NCBI GenBank assembly: GCA_043228905.1
Contig: JBHGNT010000009.1
Location: 7,688,001-7,752,000, forward strand
Direction: 5' to 3'
Origin: Azolla caroliniana
Lineage: Eukaryota > Plantae > Polypodiophyta
Length of the DNA stretch: 64,000 nucleotides
Below the pieces are notes generated by a model. The model made no database searches. It saw only the letters and a list, made by a program, of their open reading frames with translations, and had not been told where the DNA came from. Position 1 is the stretch's first letter, and every line of letters begins with the position of its first letter. Both the position numbers and the translations under genes were made by a program. Shown here one piece after another: positions 1 through 13,805 of this stretch.

Positions 1-1727
1 AAGGCGATCACCCTATTGCTTTTGAAAGTAAGAAGCTTGATGTTGCTCAATCTCGGTATTCGGTTCAAGAGAAAGAGTTGTTTGCAGTAATACATGCACT
101 TAAAACATGGAGGCACTATCTCTATGGAAATAAATTTGTGGTTACAATAGACCATCAATCATTGAAGTATTTTTGTGACTAGCCAGATCTTGTTGGTCGT
201 AAAGGCCGTTGGGTTGACCTTATGCAAGATTTTGATTTTTCCATACGGTATCGCAAGGGTTCTATGAACATTGTTGCGGATGCTCTTAGTCGCATTAAAG
301 AAGTTAACATACTTAGCTTCACGGAAATAAAATCTTACCTTTTAGATCAATTTCGAGGGAAATACCTTGATGACAGTTATTTTTCGAAATACTAGACAAA
401 AGCTGAATCTGGTTTAGATGTCGATACTAGCAACCTACCCTCGAAGGCGACCTTTCACATTACAAACGGTTTGCTCTACCGTAGTGGAAAGGTCTGTGTT
501 CCAAATTTACCAAACGTAAAATAGAAAATTCTTCATGAATGTCATGATGCACCATCTGCTGGGCATTCTCGAATACAACGCACACTCGTTCTCATCTCGA
601 GTACTTTTTTTTGGCCTAAGATGCGCTCTTACGTGCATAAATACGTGACTCAATGCTTACAATATCAGATTAAAAAGTCGGAACGACTTAAAGTTGTGGG
701 TCTTTTACATCCCTTAGATATTCCCAACAACAAATGGGAAAGTATCTTGATGGATTTTATTGGTGGTTTACTTCGTACACAAAGGGGTCATGATACCATT
801 TGGGTTGTTGTTGACAGACTAACAAAATTGGCTAGATTTATTCCTATCAAAACCATGGTAACCGCTCAACAATTGGCTTATCAATTTGTTGATGAGTTAT
901 TTCACTTTTATGGATTACCAATGGATATTGTTAGTGATCAAGATTCCAAGTTTACTAGTGAATTTTGGACTCAAGTCTTTAAGAAACTAGAAACTACGTT
1001 GAGCATGAGTTCCGCAGATCATCCTCAGTCTGATGGACAAACTGACCGAGTTAATCAAATTATTGAGGAGATGCTTCAAGCTTATGTAGCAAAAACCCCT
1101 TCTAACTAGGAGCAATACCTTCCTATCTTAGAATTTGCCTATAATAGCTCTAAACATACATCCACTGGATATAGTCCTTTTATGTTGATGTATGGTTTTC
1201 AGCCACGTGCCCCAGTTGATGTCACGATAGCTCAAGATCATGCTCGATTTTATGCTGATCAGGATAGACATCCTCGTGCATTTACTATTGTTCAAAAAGG
1301 TTTTTTGCGTGTCCCTACTGATTCTACTTCATTGTCTACGGGCAAGTGCGCTAAGTTAGCCCCACGATATTGTGGCCCATTTGAGATCCTTAAGCGGGTT
1401 GGGTCATCTGCTTATCACCTTGCCTTACCTCGTAACGTTGGTATTCATCTTGTTTTTCACGTTAGTCATCTAAAACCATTTTTAGGCTCTCGTGATAACA
1501 CCATCACAATCCAAGATCTTGTAACATTAGAGGATTTTTCTTACAAACCTCAAGTTCCTGAAGGAATTCTTGATTCTTGTACTAAATGTTTACGTTCTAA
1601 AGAGATTCAGCTATTCAAGATCAAATGGATGGATAAACCTATTGATGATGCCACATGGGAACACCAGCATACTCTTAAGGCACAATTTCCTCACTTTATA
1701 TTGCAAGAGTGCAATCTTTTGAAGTAG
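1..1727 (+). mobile_element. Ty3/gypsy chromovirus pol 3' part (RNase H, integrase, chromodomain), disabled
   Basis: RNase H-like start (AFESKKL..YSVQEKELFAVIHALKTWRHYL), integrase ORF 621-1109 (MDFI..VDRLTK..IVSDQDSKFTS..HPQSDGQT), GPF motif and chromodomain-like end in ORF 1182-1727 (KIKW..DATWE). Several in-frame stops. Confidence 0.92.
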
Positions 1728-1734
1728 GGGAGTA

Positions 1735-2207
1735 TGTTATGTACACATAACATTGATGAGGGTAGGTCACTAATATTTACATTAGTGAAGGGTATGTTCG
1801 CTAATGTTTAAAAGGGGACTAATGATTGGATAGAAGGAATGATAGGTGCATGCTCTATCATGATTTGGACAACCAAGGAATGGAGAGCCTTTTAGAAAGG
1901 CACATCTATTCAAGGGGCCTAGGAAAAGGTATAAATATGAGGCTTAGCTACCCTCATAACGAGATTACGCCGGAAGGTTGCCGTCTTAGACACCTGTGGT
2001 GCGGGCTAGGCTTTCGTCTCGACGATCGTGTTTATCTCTTCCAAGGTATTAGTCATCCTAATATCCGACGTTATGGGACGTCGGTGGTAGGTTGGCTATG
2101 TCTAGATCATAGCTCGGGGGTGGTCGGGTGGATCGGGTTCTTCTATCCAATCTATTTTCCTTCTTTTACTTTACTTTGTTCTATTGATTAGTAATAGACT
2201 CTTAACA
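1735..2207 (+). repeat. 3' LTR of the chromovirus
   Basis: Preceded by PPT aggggagta; TGTTA...TAACA termini; similar to 13806-14216 and 15226-15638. Confidence 0.9.
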
Positions 2208-3591
2208 GAGGGGGGAGGGGTGCCCCTAACACATCAAAGAACGTTGAATCACAATAACTTTTAGGTTGGGGTCGTTGTGGACATTCAAGTAAGTAATGAA
2301 GACATGGGGTTTAACTGTCCCATTATAAGCCGAGCAACCTACCAAGTGCATCTGAAAGAGACATTCGTGATTAGCGTCTCTAGGAAACCTTGGAATATTA
2401 GGTAGACATGTCTTCTTCTGGTCCATACCATCGATTATTAGACACATGTACTGTTTTGGATTCTTCAATGACTTCTCTCTATGGTGCATCGCTTTCTTTC
2501 CCTCTAACGCTTGGGCTTCACGATGGTCTTGTAACAATTTTTTATGGATGTCCTTTTGCTTTGTTGTTTTGGCACCTTTAGCCAAGCTCTTGAGGTTTGC
2601 ACATATAGAAAAATACATCATGTGTACTTTCAGAGGTATAATAACGTTAGTAAATCATGTCATCCACAATCTTGTGAAGTGGTTGTAGGTGACGTATTTA
2701 TCACTTGGCATATAAATTTATGATTTGTAGGCGTCATATACTTCTCGTTGAGTGTAATTATTTGTAGGCTTCGAATATCTACCTGTAGTTGGCATTACTT
2801 CACAATTAAGTTTAAAGTAGTTCTTCATCCAATCGATTGCATGTCTTGTAGTTGTGCCTTTCATACTTGGAACATTTCCACATCACCATTGAGAACTCTT
2901 TGTTGCTTTCTATGTAATCTCATGTTGCTAACTCATAACGAAATTTTAAATGCAACTCTACAACATTATTGTGATCTATATGGATAATACTCAAAACAGA
3001 TGTCTACTGATAAGTTGAACACCATTTGCATGTGTGTTGCTAGATAAGTGTCTTGCTCATCACCAACGAGGGCATGCACCAACATGCACAACACGACTTG
3101 GAGACATCTAATGACAGTTTTCTCTCTGTTGTTACTAGATCAAACCTATCTCGACGCATTCGACGTGGAACCCTTCGAAAATGCATAGGGCTTGACAATT
3201 GAATATCTTCTGCACATACATTTGTAACCTCATTTAATTCAAGAATGTCAGTCTGTGCATTACCCACAACACCTATGGTAGCTTGATTGACGTTCCCTTC
3301 ATTGGTTGACTCCACATTGTAGTTGTACTCATCAACGGAATATGCCTGACTTAGCTCGACAGTTTGTGGAGTTTGAGGAGATGATGGATCTATTCCTCGA
3401 CAGTAAAAGTTGATCTTGTCGACAGAAAATGATGAGTTTTGACTCATGTCTCTTAGGATAGATGATCCTCTCCAAATGACACTATGTTGTTCAAATGGGG
3501 TCCTCTTGAACAATATAAGAGAACCTTCAACAATAGAATATATAAATATAGAAATATAGAAATACATAAATATATAAATACATAAATACAT
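2208..3591 (-). pseudogene. Degraded DDE-type transposase (IIDGMDQ family; DUF7869/Sola-like), cut by the gypsy insertion
   Basis: Minus-strand translation across stops gives WMKNYFKLNCEVMP..VYDAYK..HFTRLW..NVIIP, then ORF 2226-2621 with CLIIDGMDQKKTCLP..HLVG..NDPNL, ending near LPP at the LTR edge. Family assigned by motif recall only. Confidence 0.55.
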
Positions 3592-4274
3592 AAATATATA
3601 AACATATAAACTTATTATGGTTACTCTAAAGTACCTAAAAATAACTAATACTAAGTTTAAACTAACTACACGTACGGTATATAGTCACCTTAACTTAACT
3701 TTAACTAAGTTAAACTGAGTGTATACTAACTATAAAATTACCACAAACTAAATAACAAAAGGTAAACCAACTATACACTCACAACTCTATCAAACTAACT
3801 ATTAAAACGTTATTGATAGTATACAATAACTATTAATAAGTTAAAGTAAGTATAAACTAACTATAAATGATCTAAAATTAACTCTAGTTACTTTCACCTA
3901 ACCCTAGTTCTCCTAACTCTCATTAACCCACGTTCTCTGTTCTCGTGCCCTATAAATAAGCGCATCTCATTTTGAGTATGTACAGAGAAGAACAGAGAGC
4001 ATGGAGTGCAAAGCACGGAGATAGAGCACACACACCTCACACTCTCGCACAGAGCACAAAGACCTAACACTCTCACCCAAACCTTAGACTTGGGCATCCA
4101 CCCTTGACCACAACACCGATATGTGGCACCATGTCGAGCAAGAAAACTGAACGAGCCGACTCTAGGTTAGTACAACCACTGTACAGACAATATTTGATCT
4201 ACATACATTTTACCTCATGCACAATCTTGTCGATACTTAGTATCGATGTATACACCTTCTCTCCATCATCCACA

Positions 4275-4472
4275 TGAACTCGATACAATGTATCAAGTTG
4301 ATGCTCCTCATGAATCTTTTTAACGTTATTTGATACAATGTATTGAGTTGGTGTTAACAACTCGATACATTGTATCAACTTTGTGAAACAAGTCAATAGA
4401 ATGTATCGAGTTGGTATTCACAATGTACCATATGGACACAAGTCGATACAATGTATTGAGTTGGTGCTCATG
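4275..4472. repeat. Cluster of ~22-bp TCGATACAATGTATYGAGTTGG motifs in both orientations
   Basis: Copies near 4280, 4331, 4360 (inverted), 4392 and 4441. Confidence 0.7.
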
Positions 4473-4781
4473 ATACTCATGTATTTAAATTACATTTTGT
4501 AAATGGAAATAATCAACGTTAAAAATGTTCAGAAAAGTACATGGAGTCGACTTTTACCAATTTGTTAAATCTTAATAAATCATTTATGATGTTCTTGGAT
4601 TTAATTAAAGTTTCTATTTGAAAACATCAACTTTAAAAATATTCAATTAACTTCATGTTTAGATTTCTTAAACTTGTTAAATGTTAGTAATTTAGCAAAG
4701 TTGGTATGGTTACGTGAACATGTGATACTGGTGTATGAAGTTTCTATATATAGCCTAAAATTGTACAATTATAAAAGGAAT

Positions 4782-5257
4782 CTAAAAGTGAAATACGGGA
4801 TCCTTCCACTTGTGAACGCGAATGTGTTCATTTTCCCTTTCTATAGACTTAAACCTTTTGAAATACATCTTACATTCATCATCGAACCAAGAATTACATG
4901 GAAAACTAGACATCTTTTGCCCACCAACATGGCTCTTAAAGTATTGATATCCAAGCTTAAGGATGATGTCCTTCAAATGTTACCAATTTTCTTTAACATC
5001 GATGCTTAGAGAAAAATTTAACAAACGGTTCTCCACTTGATTCACATATTACATCGTAGCTTTTTCATAGCAAGGTCTGATGATATATCTCTTTTCCTCT
5101 TTCACTCCAATGGCATCTATTGATGAAATGTGGAATTGCACGCTCTAAGTACAATGACCTATGGTCTAAGTCCGGAGATAGAGAACCAACTTTAAACACA
5201 TTCACCACGGATAGATCACATGCTAACATTAATGCGTAATCAGCCACACTTAATGGT
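4782..5257 (-). mobile_element. LINE ORF2 fragment (end of APE endonuclease and linker)
   Basis: SVADYAL..SPDLDHRSLYL resembles the APE SDH motif; FPCNSWFDDECK resembles the WFDxEC linker. Continues 11796-12055 across the nested insertions. Confidence 0.65.
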
Positions 5258-5450
5258 AAACATGAAGAGAAATGAACCGCGAATGGACACGAAAGATAGA
5301 CTGAAATGAAGATATGAGATAGAAAAAGAAATAGCAAAATAGACAACACACCATATTTTACGTGGAAACCCTAAACAAGGGAAAAGCACGGACAACAGAG
5401 AATCACTACTATGACAGATATATACAAGGAAGAATGGGTTACTACACTCT

Positions 5451-8400
5451 TGTTGAGAGACAAGCTCAACATCGGCCGGATCGGCTGAAGAAGCCGAGGA
5501 CCGGATCGGTTGGGACCGATCGGTTAGGCCGAATGCGTAAACCGGTACGCAGACCGGTGCGTAGGTAGGGCCGGATTGGTGCGTAAACCGGGAGGCCGTT
5601 AGGAAAGATATTCCGTGAGGAATATATTTGGGAGTTAGTGTATGAGCTCTTAGTGAGCATTGGAGTACTGTCAGTACTTCGGTCAGTCCTTCTAGGACTT
5701 GTATAAAAGTGTTCATTGAACACACATATGTATAGAGAATGGTGAATAGAGTTTTTTGAATATAGTTCTTGTATTTTCTCTCTATCACTCTCTCTGTCTC
5801 TCCCGCGTATACTGCGTAAGCTCAAGCTCTCCATTAAACCTGTGTTTTCTTCCTTCTGTTCGGTCTTCATACTTGCTTCCGCACGTTACTCTTTACATGG
5901 TATCAGAGCGCGAGGGTTGAGAACCTCTCTGCAGCCGACACAGCTTGACGAAGAAGAACAAGAAGAACGATGGATAGAGGCATGGCGAGCTCGCTTCCAA
6001 CAGAGAAGCTCGACAGAACCAACTACGCGTCTTGGTCCTACAAGATGCACCAGTACCTGCTCGGGCACGGCTACTAGAGTTATGTCAAAGGAGCTAATGA
6101 CGCGGCACCCAAATCGACACAGAGAGACTTCCCGTCGTGGGAGCAATCGGCGAGCAGGGTATTATACTGCTTCGCGTCGTGTGTGGGCGAACAGTTATTG
6201 AGCTATGTTCGGGATGCAAAGACGCTGAAGGGTGCGTGGGAAAATCTGAAGAAGATTTTCGCCGCGAGCACCACAGCCCGGAAGCTTCAGCTCCGACAGG
6301 AGTTGAACAACCTACGACAACGTGACTTGTCGGTGGCGGACTATACCTCGAAGATCAAGGATATCTACGACTCCCTCACCTCCATAGAGGTGAACATCGA
6401 GGAGAGCGAGATGGTCCAGATCTGTCTCGGAGGTTTGGCGTCGAAGTTCGAAGCGTTCCGAACGGCTGTGTGTACCCGGGAGAATACGCCGTCCTTTTTC
6501 GACTTACAGTCAATGCTCCTGGTAGAGGAGAACCACGTGGGTGCGTCTACAAGCACGCACACCGACAGCAGAATGTTGTACACGAAGGGAGATAGGCCCC
6601 GTGGACGTGGAGGACGAGGCGAGTCGGCGCGCAATGGAGGCGGCCGACGAGATCAAGGAAGAAGGCACCGAAGTAATGCCGACAGCAACTCCGGACCCTC
6701 CGGAAACAGGGGGAGTCGAAGCGATGAGAACCGGCAAGGGAAGGCCATCGCGGAGTGTTGGTACTGTGGCAAGAAAGGCCACAGGGAAAGTGAGTGCTGG
6801 AAGAAGCACGCCGATTTGGAGAGAACCAGTTCCGGAAACGGCTCCGGACATACCGACAAGGGAAATCGGCAGCGGTCGCACTACGCCGAAGACTCCGGGA
6901 GAGCCGGAGAAGGGTCTGTCTTCGTGACGAGACACGAAGCAAACTCAATGAAACGGACCACCCCGAGATCGGACGAGGTGTGGTACGTAGACTCCGGCGC
7001 GTCGAACCACATGACGAGTCATAAGAAGTGGTTCTCGTACCTTGAAAAACCGATACAACCTGGAGTAGTCGCAACTGGAGACGACACTCCGCATCCGATC
7101 GCAAATGTCGGAGAAGTTCCCCTTAGCCATGTCGAGCAGAAAGGGAAACTCATGAACGTGTTGCACGTTCCGACAATCACGAAGAACTTGGTCTCAGTCG
7201 GACAGATCGTCGACCAAGGGATGGAGGTTCGGTTTACAAACCTCGGGTGCTTCATTGAGGAAGAAGGCCGTGTGATTGCGCAAGGGCGCAGAGACGGGAG
7301 GATGTTCATCCTCGATTCCACTGACGGCGGCACCGCAATGTTCACGAAGGGACAAAAATCTGAGTCGGACATCGACTTGTGGCACAAGCGGATAGGCCAC
7401 GTCAACTACCAGCGGCTTCAAGATCTGCAATCGAAACAGGTAGTGTTAGGATTGCCCAAATTTAGTGGCCGAAAGGCACAAATTTGTGAAGCCTGCCAGC
7501 TCGGGAAGCAACACCGACTTCCTTTCCCCAACGAGCGAAACCGGAGCCGGAACAAGCTCGACCTTATACACTCCGATGTATGGGGGCCGGCACAAAACTT
7601 TAGTCTTGGCGGGAGCCAATATTTCGTCTCCTTCATCGACGACCACACGCGGCACACGTGGATCTACCTCATTGAGAGGAAGAGCGAAGTCTTCGACTGT
7701 TTCCGGGACCTCAAAGGGTTCGTGGAAACGGAAATGGGACGAAAGATCCAGTGCCTGCAGGTCGGATGGCGGGAAAGAGTACTTTTCTGGTCAATTCAAC
7801 GGTTATCTACAACAAATGGGAATTCGGCGCGAATTCAGTTGTAGATACACGCCAAAGCAGAACGGCGTGGCCAAGAGGAAGAATCGATCGATTGTGGAAG
7901 CGGCACGGGCAATGCTGGAGGAGAAGAGCTTGCCCAAGTTCTACTGGGCCGAGGCGGTAAGGACCGCGGTATACATCCAGAACCGGATCGGAGACAAAGG
8001 GTCGGCGCACGAGCTATATTTCGGAACAAAGCTGAACTTGTGACACTTGAGGGTGTTCGGTAGCATTGCGTATGTGCATGTACCGAAGGAGAAAAGGAGG
8101 AAACTGGACGCAAAGGCCGAGAAATGCATCTTGGTCGGTTACTCGGACGAGCAGAAGGGTTATAAGTGCTATAACCCTCGCACCAAACAAGCGCGTGTCA
8201 GCCGCGACGTTGTATTTGACGAGTCCGCGTCCTGGTACCAACCCCCGACTCCGAACCCCGACTCCAATCCGAGCTCTGACGATGAGGTCAGAGAGGCCGA
8301 GATACCTCCGGATGAGCCCGAAATCGAGACCTGCGAAGAGAGTCCGATTTCACTCCGTTTAAGTGGATCGAGTGGACCGATTGGACGACTGAGTCGGTAC

Positions 8401-11259
8401 GACCAGTCCGATGAAGAGCCGGCGAGTAGTGGAGACTCGGCCGTGCATTCCCCGCGCAGGAAGCCGAGGAGACGGCTTACGCGCAAAGAGAAAGGGAAGA
8501 AGAAGGTGTCGGATTCCGGCACGGATAGGAACGAGTCAGACCGACGCGAGTCCGACTCCGAGGGAACCGGTGACGGGTCTTTAAAGGTGAAGTCTGCGTC
8601 GACCGAGAAGGCCTCGACAGCGGCTAATGCTAGATTACGCCGATCTACCCGCCAGAAGAACCCTGTTTTGTGGTTCGGATACAACGAGTACATGGCGCAT
8701 CATTATGCGTACATGACCCGTGTAGCGGAAGTGCGTGAGCCAGAGAGCTACGCAGACGCGGCTAAAGACGCGAATTGGCGTGCCGCGATGGAGGAAGAGA
8801 TGCACACATTGGCGGAGAACGAGACCTGGGACCTAGTTGGCGCACCAACAGGGGTAAAACCGATCGGGTGTAGGTGGGTGTACAAGGTCAAGTACAACAC
8901 CGATGGCTCAGTCAACCGGTACAAGGCTCGGCTAGTGGCAAAGGGCTACACGCAAAAACACAGCATCGACTACGATGAGACATTTGCGTCGGTTGTGAAA
9001 ATGACGATCGTTCGTGTTTTGCTCGTAGTAGCTGCGGCGAAGGGGTGGCACTTACATCAGATGGATGTAAAGAATGCGTTCCTGCAAGGTGACCTTGAGG
9101 AACAGGTGTACATGGTACAGCCCCCCGGATTTCACTCCGGAACGAACTCCTCTGCAGTATGCTGACTAAAGAAGTCCCTTTACGGACTGAAGCAAGCCCC
9201 GCGTGCCTGGAACGCGAAGATCACGCAACAACTGCGTCGGATGGGCTTCGTCAAGTCAAAATCAGACTCTTCCCTGTTCATCCGGAAAGGTCGACTCGGA
9301 CCGGTTAGTATTTTACTATATGTTGATGACTTGGTCATCACCGGTTCCGACCTCAGTGAAATCGACCGCGTGAAGCTCCAGCTTGCGGCATCGTTCGACA
9401 TGAAGGATCTGGGGGACCTTCATTACTTCCTCGGGATCGAAGTGATCCGTACCCCCGAAGGCATATTGATCAGCCAACGTCATTACGTGTTGAGTATGCT
9501 CTTCGAATTCGGGATGGCCAACTATAAGTCCATCTCAACTCCTCTGGACAGAACCGTCAAGCTTCGTCCTGATACGAGAAAGGTATGCGACCCAACGAGG
9601 TTCCGACAAATTGTCAAAAGCCTCATATACTTGACCATCACCCGACCCGACCTTAGTTATCCGGTCAGAGTGATCAGTCAGTTCATGGCGCGACCTACCG
9701 AGGAGCACCTTCAGTGTGTGCAACGCATACTTCGGTATGTCAACGGCACTAAGGACCGGGGACTGCTATATCGGACCGGTGCAGCCGTGCAGTTAGTCGG
9801 CTACACCGATGCTGATTGGGCTGGCAACGCCGCCAATCGCCGATCCACGTCTAGATACGCGTTCTCCCTCGGGAGTGCCGCGATCGCGTGGAGCAGTAAG
9901 AAGCAGCCGGTAGTTGCACTGTCGAGCACCGAAGCTGAGTACCGAGGAGCAGCTGTCGCGACATGCGAAGCCATATGGTTGAAGCGGCTACTTAAGGACC
10001 TGCAAGAGGAGGTGTCTGATCCAACGACGATCTACTGCGACAACCTCAGCAGCATCCAACTCGCGAAGAACCCCATCTTCCACGCATGGACCAAGCACAT
10101 TGAGGTGCCCTACCATTTCGTCCGTGAGCGTGTCCTTTCCGGTGAAGTCGAACTTCAGTACGTTCCGACGGATCGGCAGACTGCCGACATCTTCACCAAG
10201 CCTCTTGGTCTAGACAAGTTGCGGCAATTCTCAGGTGCACTCGGATTGCGTCACCTCGACGTGCCAAACTTGAGGGGGAGAACAGTCCCGAACGACCAAG
10301 CAAGGCAGCAGGAAAGGAGCGGAGACCGCGACACCATCGAGTCGGTTGACTCGGTTGTCGAGTTCAACTTCGGATCGGCTGAAGAAGCCGAGGGCGGACC
10401 CGCGGAAAAGTTCAGAAGAGGACCGAAGGGGAGCAACCGAAGGAGAGAGCCGAAGCTAACCACGCATGGGGAAGATGACGCCACCGAGGGCGAGAAGGCC
10501 GAAGACTAGTTGGAGACAGCCTACTCGGATGAGAGCGAAAACCGATCGGAGGTAGCCGAGTCGGTTCGGATGTTTGATTCAAACACGCTGAATCAACCGA
10601 GGCCCAAGCAGAAGAAAAGGCAGCAGAAGAAGCGTCAACACCGCAACAACAGAAGAGCTTATGAGGGCCACATGAGCAGACAAGCCGACCGGAAGAGTCG
10701 AAGCGCGCGGAGTCGAACAGGTCGTGGAGCACGAGCGAGGCGTGAAGCCAGGAGGAACCGGAGCTGTGAGCCCGAAGATCCCGAAGAGCCTCAAGTTGAG
10801 CTTGAGGGGGAGTGTTGAGAGACAAGCTCAACATCGGCCGGATCGGCTGAAGAAGCCGAGGACCGGATCGGTTGGGACCGATCGATTAGGCCGAATGCGT
10901 AAACCGGTACGCAGACCGGTGCGTAGGTAGGGCCGGATCGGTGCGTAAACCGGGAGGCCGTTAGGAAAGATATTCCGTGAGGAATATATTTGGGAGTTAG
11001 TGTAGGAGCTCTTAGTGAGCATTGAAGTATTGTCAGTACTTCGGTCAGTCCTTCTAGGACTTGTATAAAAGTGTTCATTGAACACACATATGTATAGAGA
11101 ATGGTGAATAGAGTTTTTTGAATATAGTTCTTGTATTTTCTCTCTATCACTCTCTCTGTCTCTCCCGCGTATACTGCGTAAGCTCAAGCTCTCCATTAAA
11201 CCTGCGTTTTCTTCCTTCTGTTCGGTCTTCATACTTGCTTCCGCACGTTACTCTTTACA
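5451..11259 (+). mobile_element. Full-length Ty1/copia LTR retrotransposon, disabled
   Basis: 447-bp LTRs 5451-5897 and 10813-11259 (about 6 differences by eye); TSD ACTCT; PBS tggtatcagagc 5898-5909; PPT ttgagggggag before the 3' LTR. Confidence 0.97.
5970..10509 (+). pseudogene. Copia gag-pol (gag, CCHC knuckle, protease, integrase, RT, RNase H)
   Basis: ATG 5970; [64 protein letters not shown]. Stops at 6075, 8041 and 9163; frameshift near 7757. Confidence 0.95.
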
Positions 11260-11795
11260 ACTCTCTTGGTATAGAGTGTATCAGCCACGCCGGGCTCTTG
11301 GCGTCTAGTCTCACATAGCTATGGCGCCGCTCACTCGCGCGCTCTCACGTCTCTCTTTGTTTCATGCTCACTCTGTTGCTCTCACGCTTCTACATCTCAC
11401 TATGTGTTGCCCTAGGTGTATTTATACTAATACACAATATGGGCTATTTACAAATATAGTTGTTATTACTATTATCAATAATAATAGTACTCTATTAATC
11501 AGCCGACTAATCACCTAGTCAATTCGACTAACCGACTCCAATGTCAACAATCGGGTCGGGTCGGCTAGTCGGCCTTGTCTTCGACCATCTGGTCAGCCTG
11601 ACTAGTCGGTCTTGTCTTTGACTTGGATTATCTATTTCCTTGTTTTGTTGACTCTCCACGTCGACTCTTTCTTCATCATCAATTGTCTGCTCCTTCACTC
11701 AACAAGTCGATTATTCCTTGTCTTCGACTATCAGTCCCCTCCTTGGCCAGACAAGTCGGCTCCTCCCATTGGAGGGACATATTTCTAACAAAACA

Positions 11796-12055
11796 TGTGA
11801 GTACATTTGTCACGGGGAATGCCTTTATACCATTTCAGATAATCAAGTTTGTGCAATTTAGCCTATCTATCAAAAAAAATCCATAATCTAACATGACACA
11901 ATCCTCCAAGTCACGCAATAGACAACGTTCTACTACATTTTCTTCAAATGTCTCCACATTTTGGAATTTTCGAACTCTTGCGTTGAAGTCTCCCATAATT
12001 AACAATTGACCAAGCTTCTCAAATGAAAGTATATCATGACATAATTTTGTGAAAG
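11796..12055 (-). mobile_element. LINE APE endonuclease fragment
   Basis: LLIMGDFNAR motif in ORF 11835-12131. Confidence 0.7.
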
Positions 12056-12455
12056 TGTTATCCGTGGGACAAATGGCACGGGGTATGGAAAGAATCTTAA
12101 TGTAAAGTGGGAAAGGGGACGAGTAGGTCAAAGCGTGAAAAGGGGAAAAGACCCGAACACTGGCAGCCGAGGGGAAGTAACCGAAATATTAGCAGTCGAG
12201 ACATAAGCCGAGGAGTAGAAGAGAGTAGTTGGAACGCCGATTAAGTAGAAAGTTATATATAAATCGGGAAGCAGCATAAGGAAGGATAGACAGAAGATAT
12301 CCCTATTTCGAGCCAGAGTGATTAAATTTAGATTCAAAGATCTATATTAAGAGAAAGAGCATTATCGATTATAATCGGTCTTACTACCCTTTCTATTGCT
12401 CTATTCAGTAATCAATACATATACTTTTGGGTCAAACTCTGTGCCCGTCTCATCT
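12056..12455 (+). repeat. LTR-like segment
   Basis: Starts TGTTA where the LINE frame breaks; purine-rich stretch and tatataaat box. No TSD or clear 3' end found. Confidence 0.3.
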
Positions 12456-13156
12456 TAATCTTATTTCTGATTTTGCTTGCATGTATGTTGGTGTGGCGCA
12501 TATGTGTCTTCAAACCATCTTCAAAGAAGGATCACCATCTAAGCACTAAGCATGAAAGGTTGTCTTCATTCCATGCCACCTTCCCTAACATGCCTATGTA
12601 ACAATGCATATATTGTGGCTTCATGGAAGTGAAAAACAATATAGCTAAAAGAGCATATATAACAAGAATACTATACTATGAGATGTTCAAGAATCATTCA
12701 CAACATTCAACTTGAGCAAGAACTTCATTGGATAAAAATGTTGCAATGCTAGAACAAACACACACTGAGTTTTTCACTAAGAAAAATTGAGCATTTGAGT
12801 CCCTAAGTTGTTACAATGTAATCACTCACACACAATACTTTTAATCTATAAAACAAAGTAATTAGGCTCTAGAACCCACAGAGTTTTACATCAAGAACAT
12901 TTAATCTGAAATTTGCAAGAAAAGTAGTGTTGGGTTATCATCAATGTAATTTATATGAACAAGCTTCATGTACATGACCTTTATTATAGTCCTTATCAAA
13001 TTTGACATTTGCAAACCTACACACAAAAAACACGTTTTTTTACTTCTTCTTTGTCGAGCACCATCATTCAATAAGTTGAAAACCTATACAATAACAATAA
13101 GAAACCAAAGGTTAATATGTTGTGCGAATGAAAAACAAGATCAAAATGATAGTTGC

Positions 13157-13391
13157 AAACAAAAGATGTAGAGTAATAATAAAGAAGCATGAATCATTAT
13201 ACCTTCACCTCTTAAGTAATGCTACAATCTTGATCCCATGCACAATAAGATCAACTTTTTTGGTCCATAATATAATCTACAACAAACAAAAGATGTAGAG
13301 TAATAATCAAGAAGCATCAATCATTATACCTTCACGTCCTAAGTGATCTCGTGCACAATAACATCAACTTATGTGGTCCATAATATAATAT
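13157..13391. repeat. Local tandem duplication of ~110-128 bp
   Basis: aacaaaagatgtagagtaataat...ggtccataatataat occurs twice. Confidence 0.8.
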
Positions 13392-13805
13392 GCAACCCAT
13401 AATTATGTATGTATATATATTTATAACCGTGTATGGATGCATGCCTCGTGGATTTCGTGTTACTATATTTGCCTCGATGAGCTTCCTTTTCTCCAAGTCA
13501 TCAATTCCAGAAGCTTGAATTAACAAAGCCTACTTCCTTATAGTTTCAAAGGAAACTCCAACATTTCAAGAGCTATTCAGAGTCAGGACAGTCATATATG
13601 TCATTTCTTGCCCAAATATACACATGCTTCAATTTCATCCATTGTTCCTATGTTATCGTGCCACCTTGAATAACAAAGAAATTTGGAAATGAAACAAGAG
13701 AGTGGAACTTCATGTTTGGGTTAGCATATTAAGATTATCATTAATATAACAGATATCAAGAAGATCTACAACCTTTTCAACAAAGATATCACAAAATAAA
13801 TTAAG

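Larger units (their letters stand above)
5263..11790 (-). mobile_element. Solo LTR (5263-5450 plus 11265-11790) split by a copia insertion
   Basis: TG...CA ends (tgaagagaaat / atttctaaca); 5-bp TSD AAACA at 5258-5262 and 11791-11795. Orientation is tentative. Confidence 0.75.

Noticed and set aside
5898-5909. tRNA gene
   Set aside because: It is a 12-nt tRNA-iMet primer-binding site (also at 14218, 33925, 35197 and 44140), not a tRNA.
13425-13670. Possible exon of a decayed gene on the minus strand
   Set aside because: Splice-like edges but stops in all frames and no recognisable domain.
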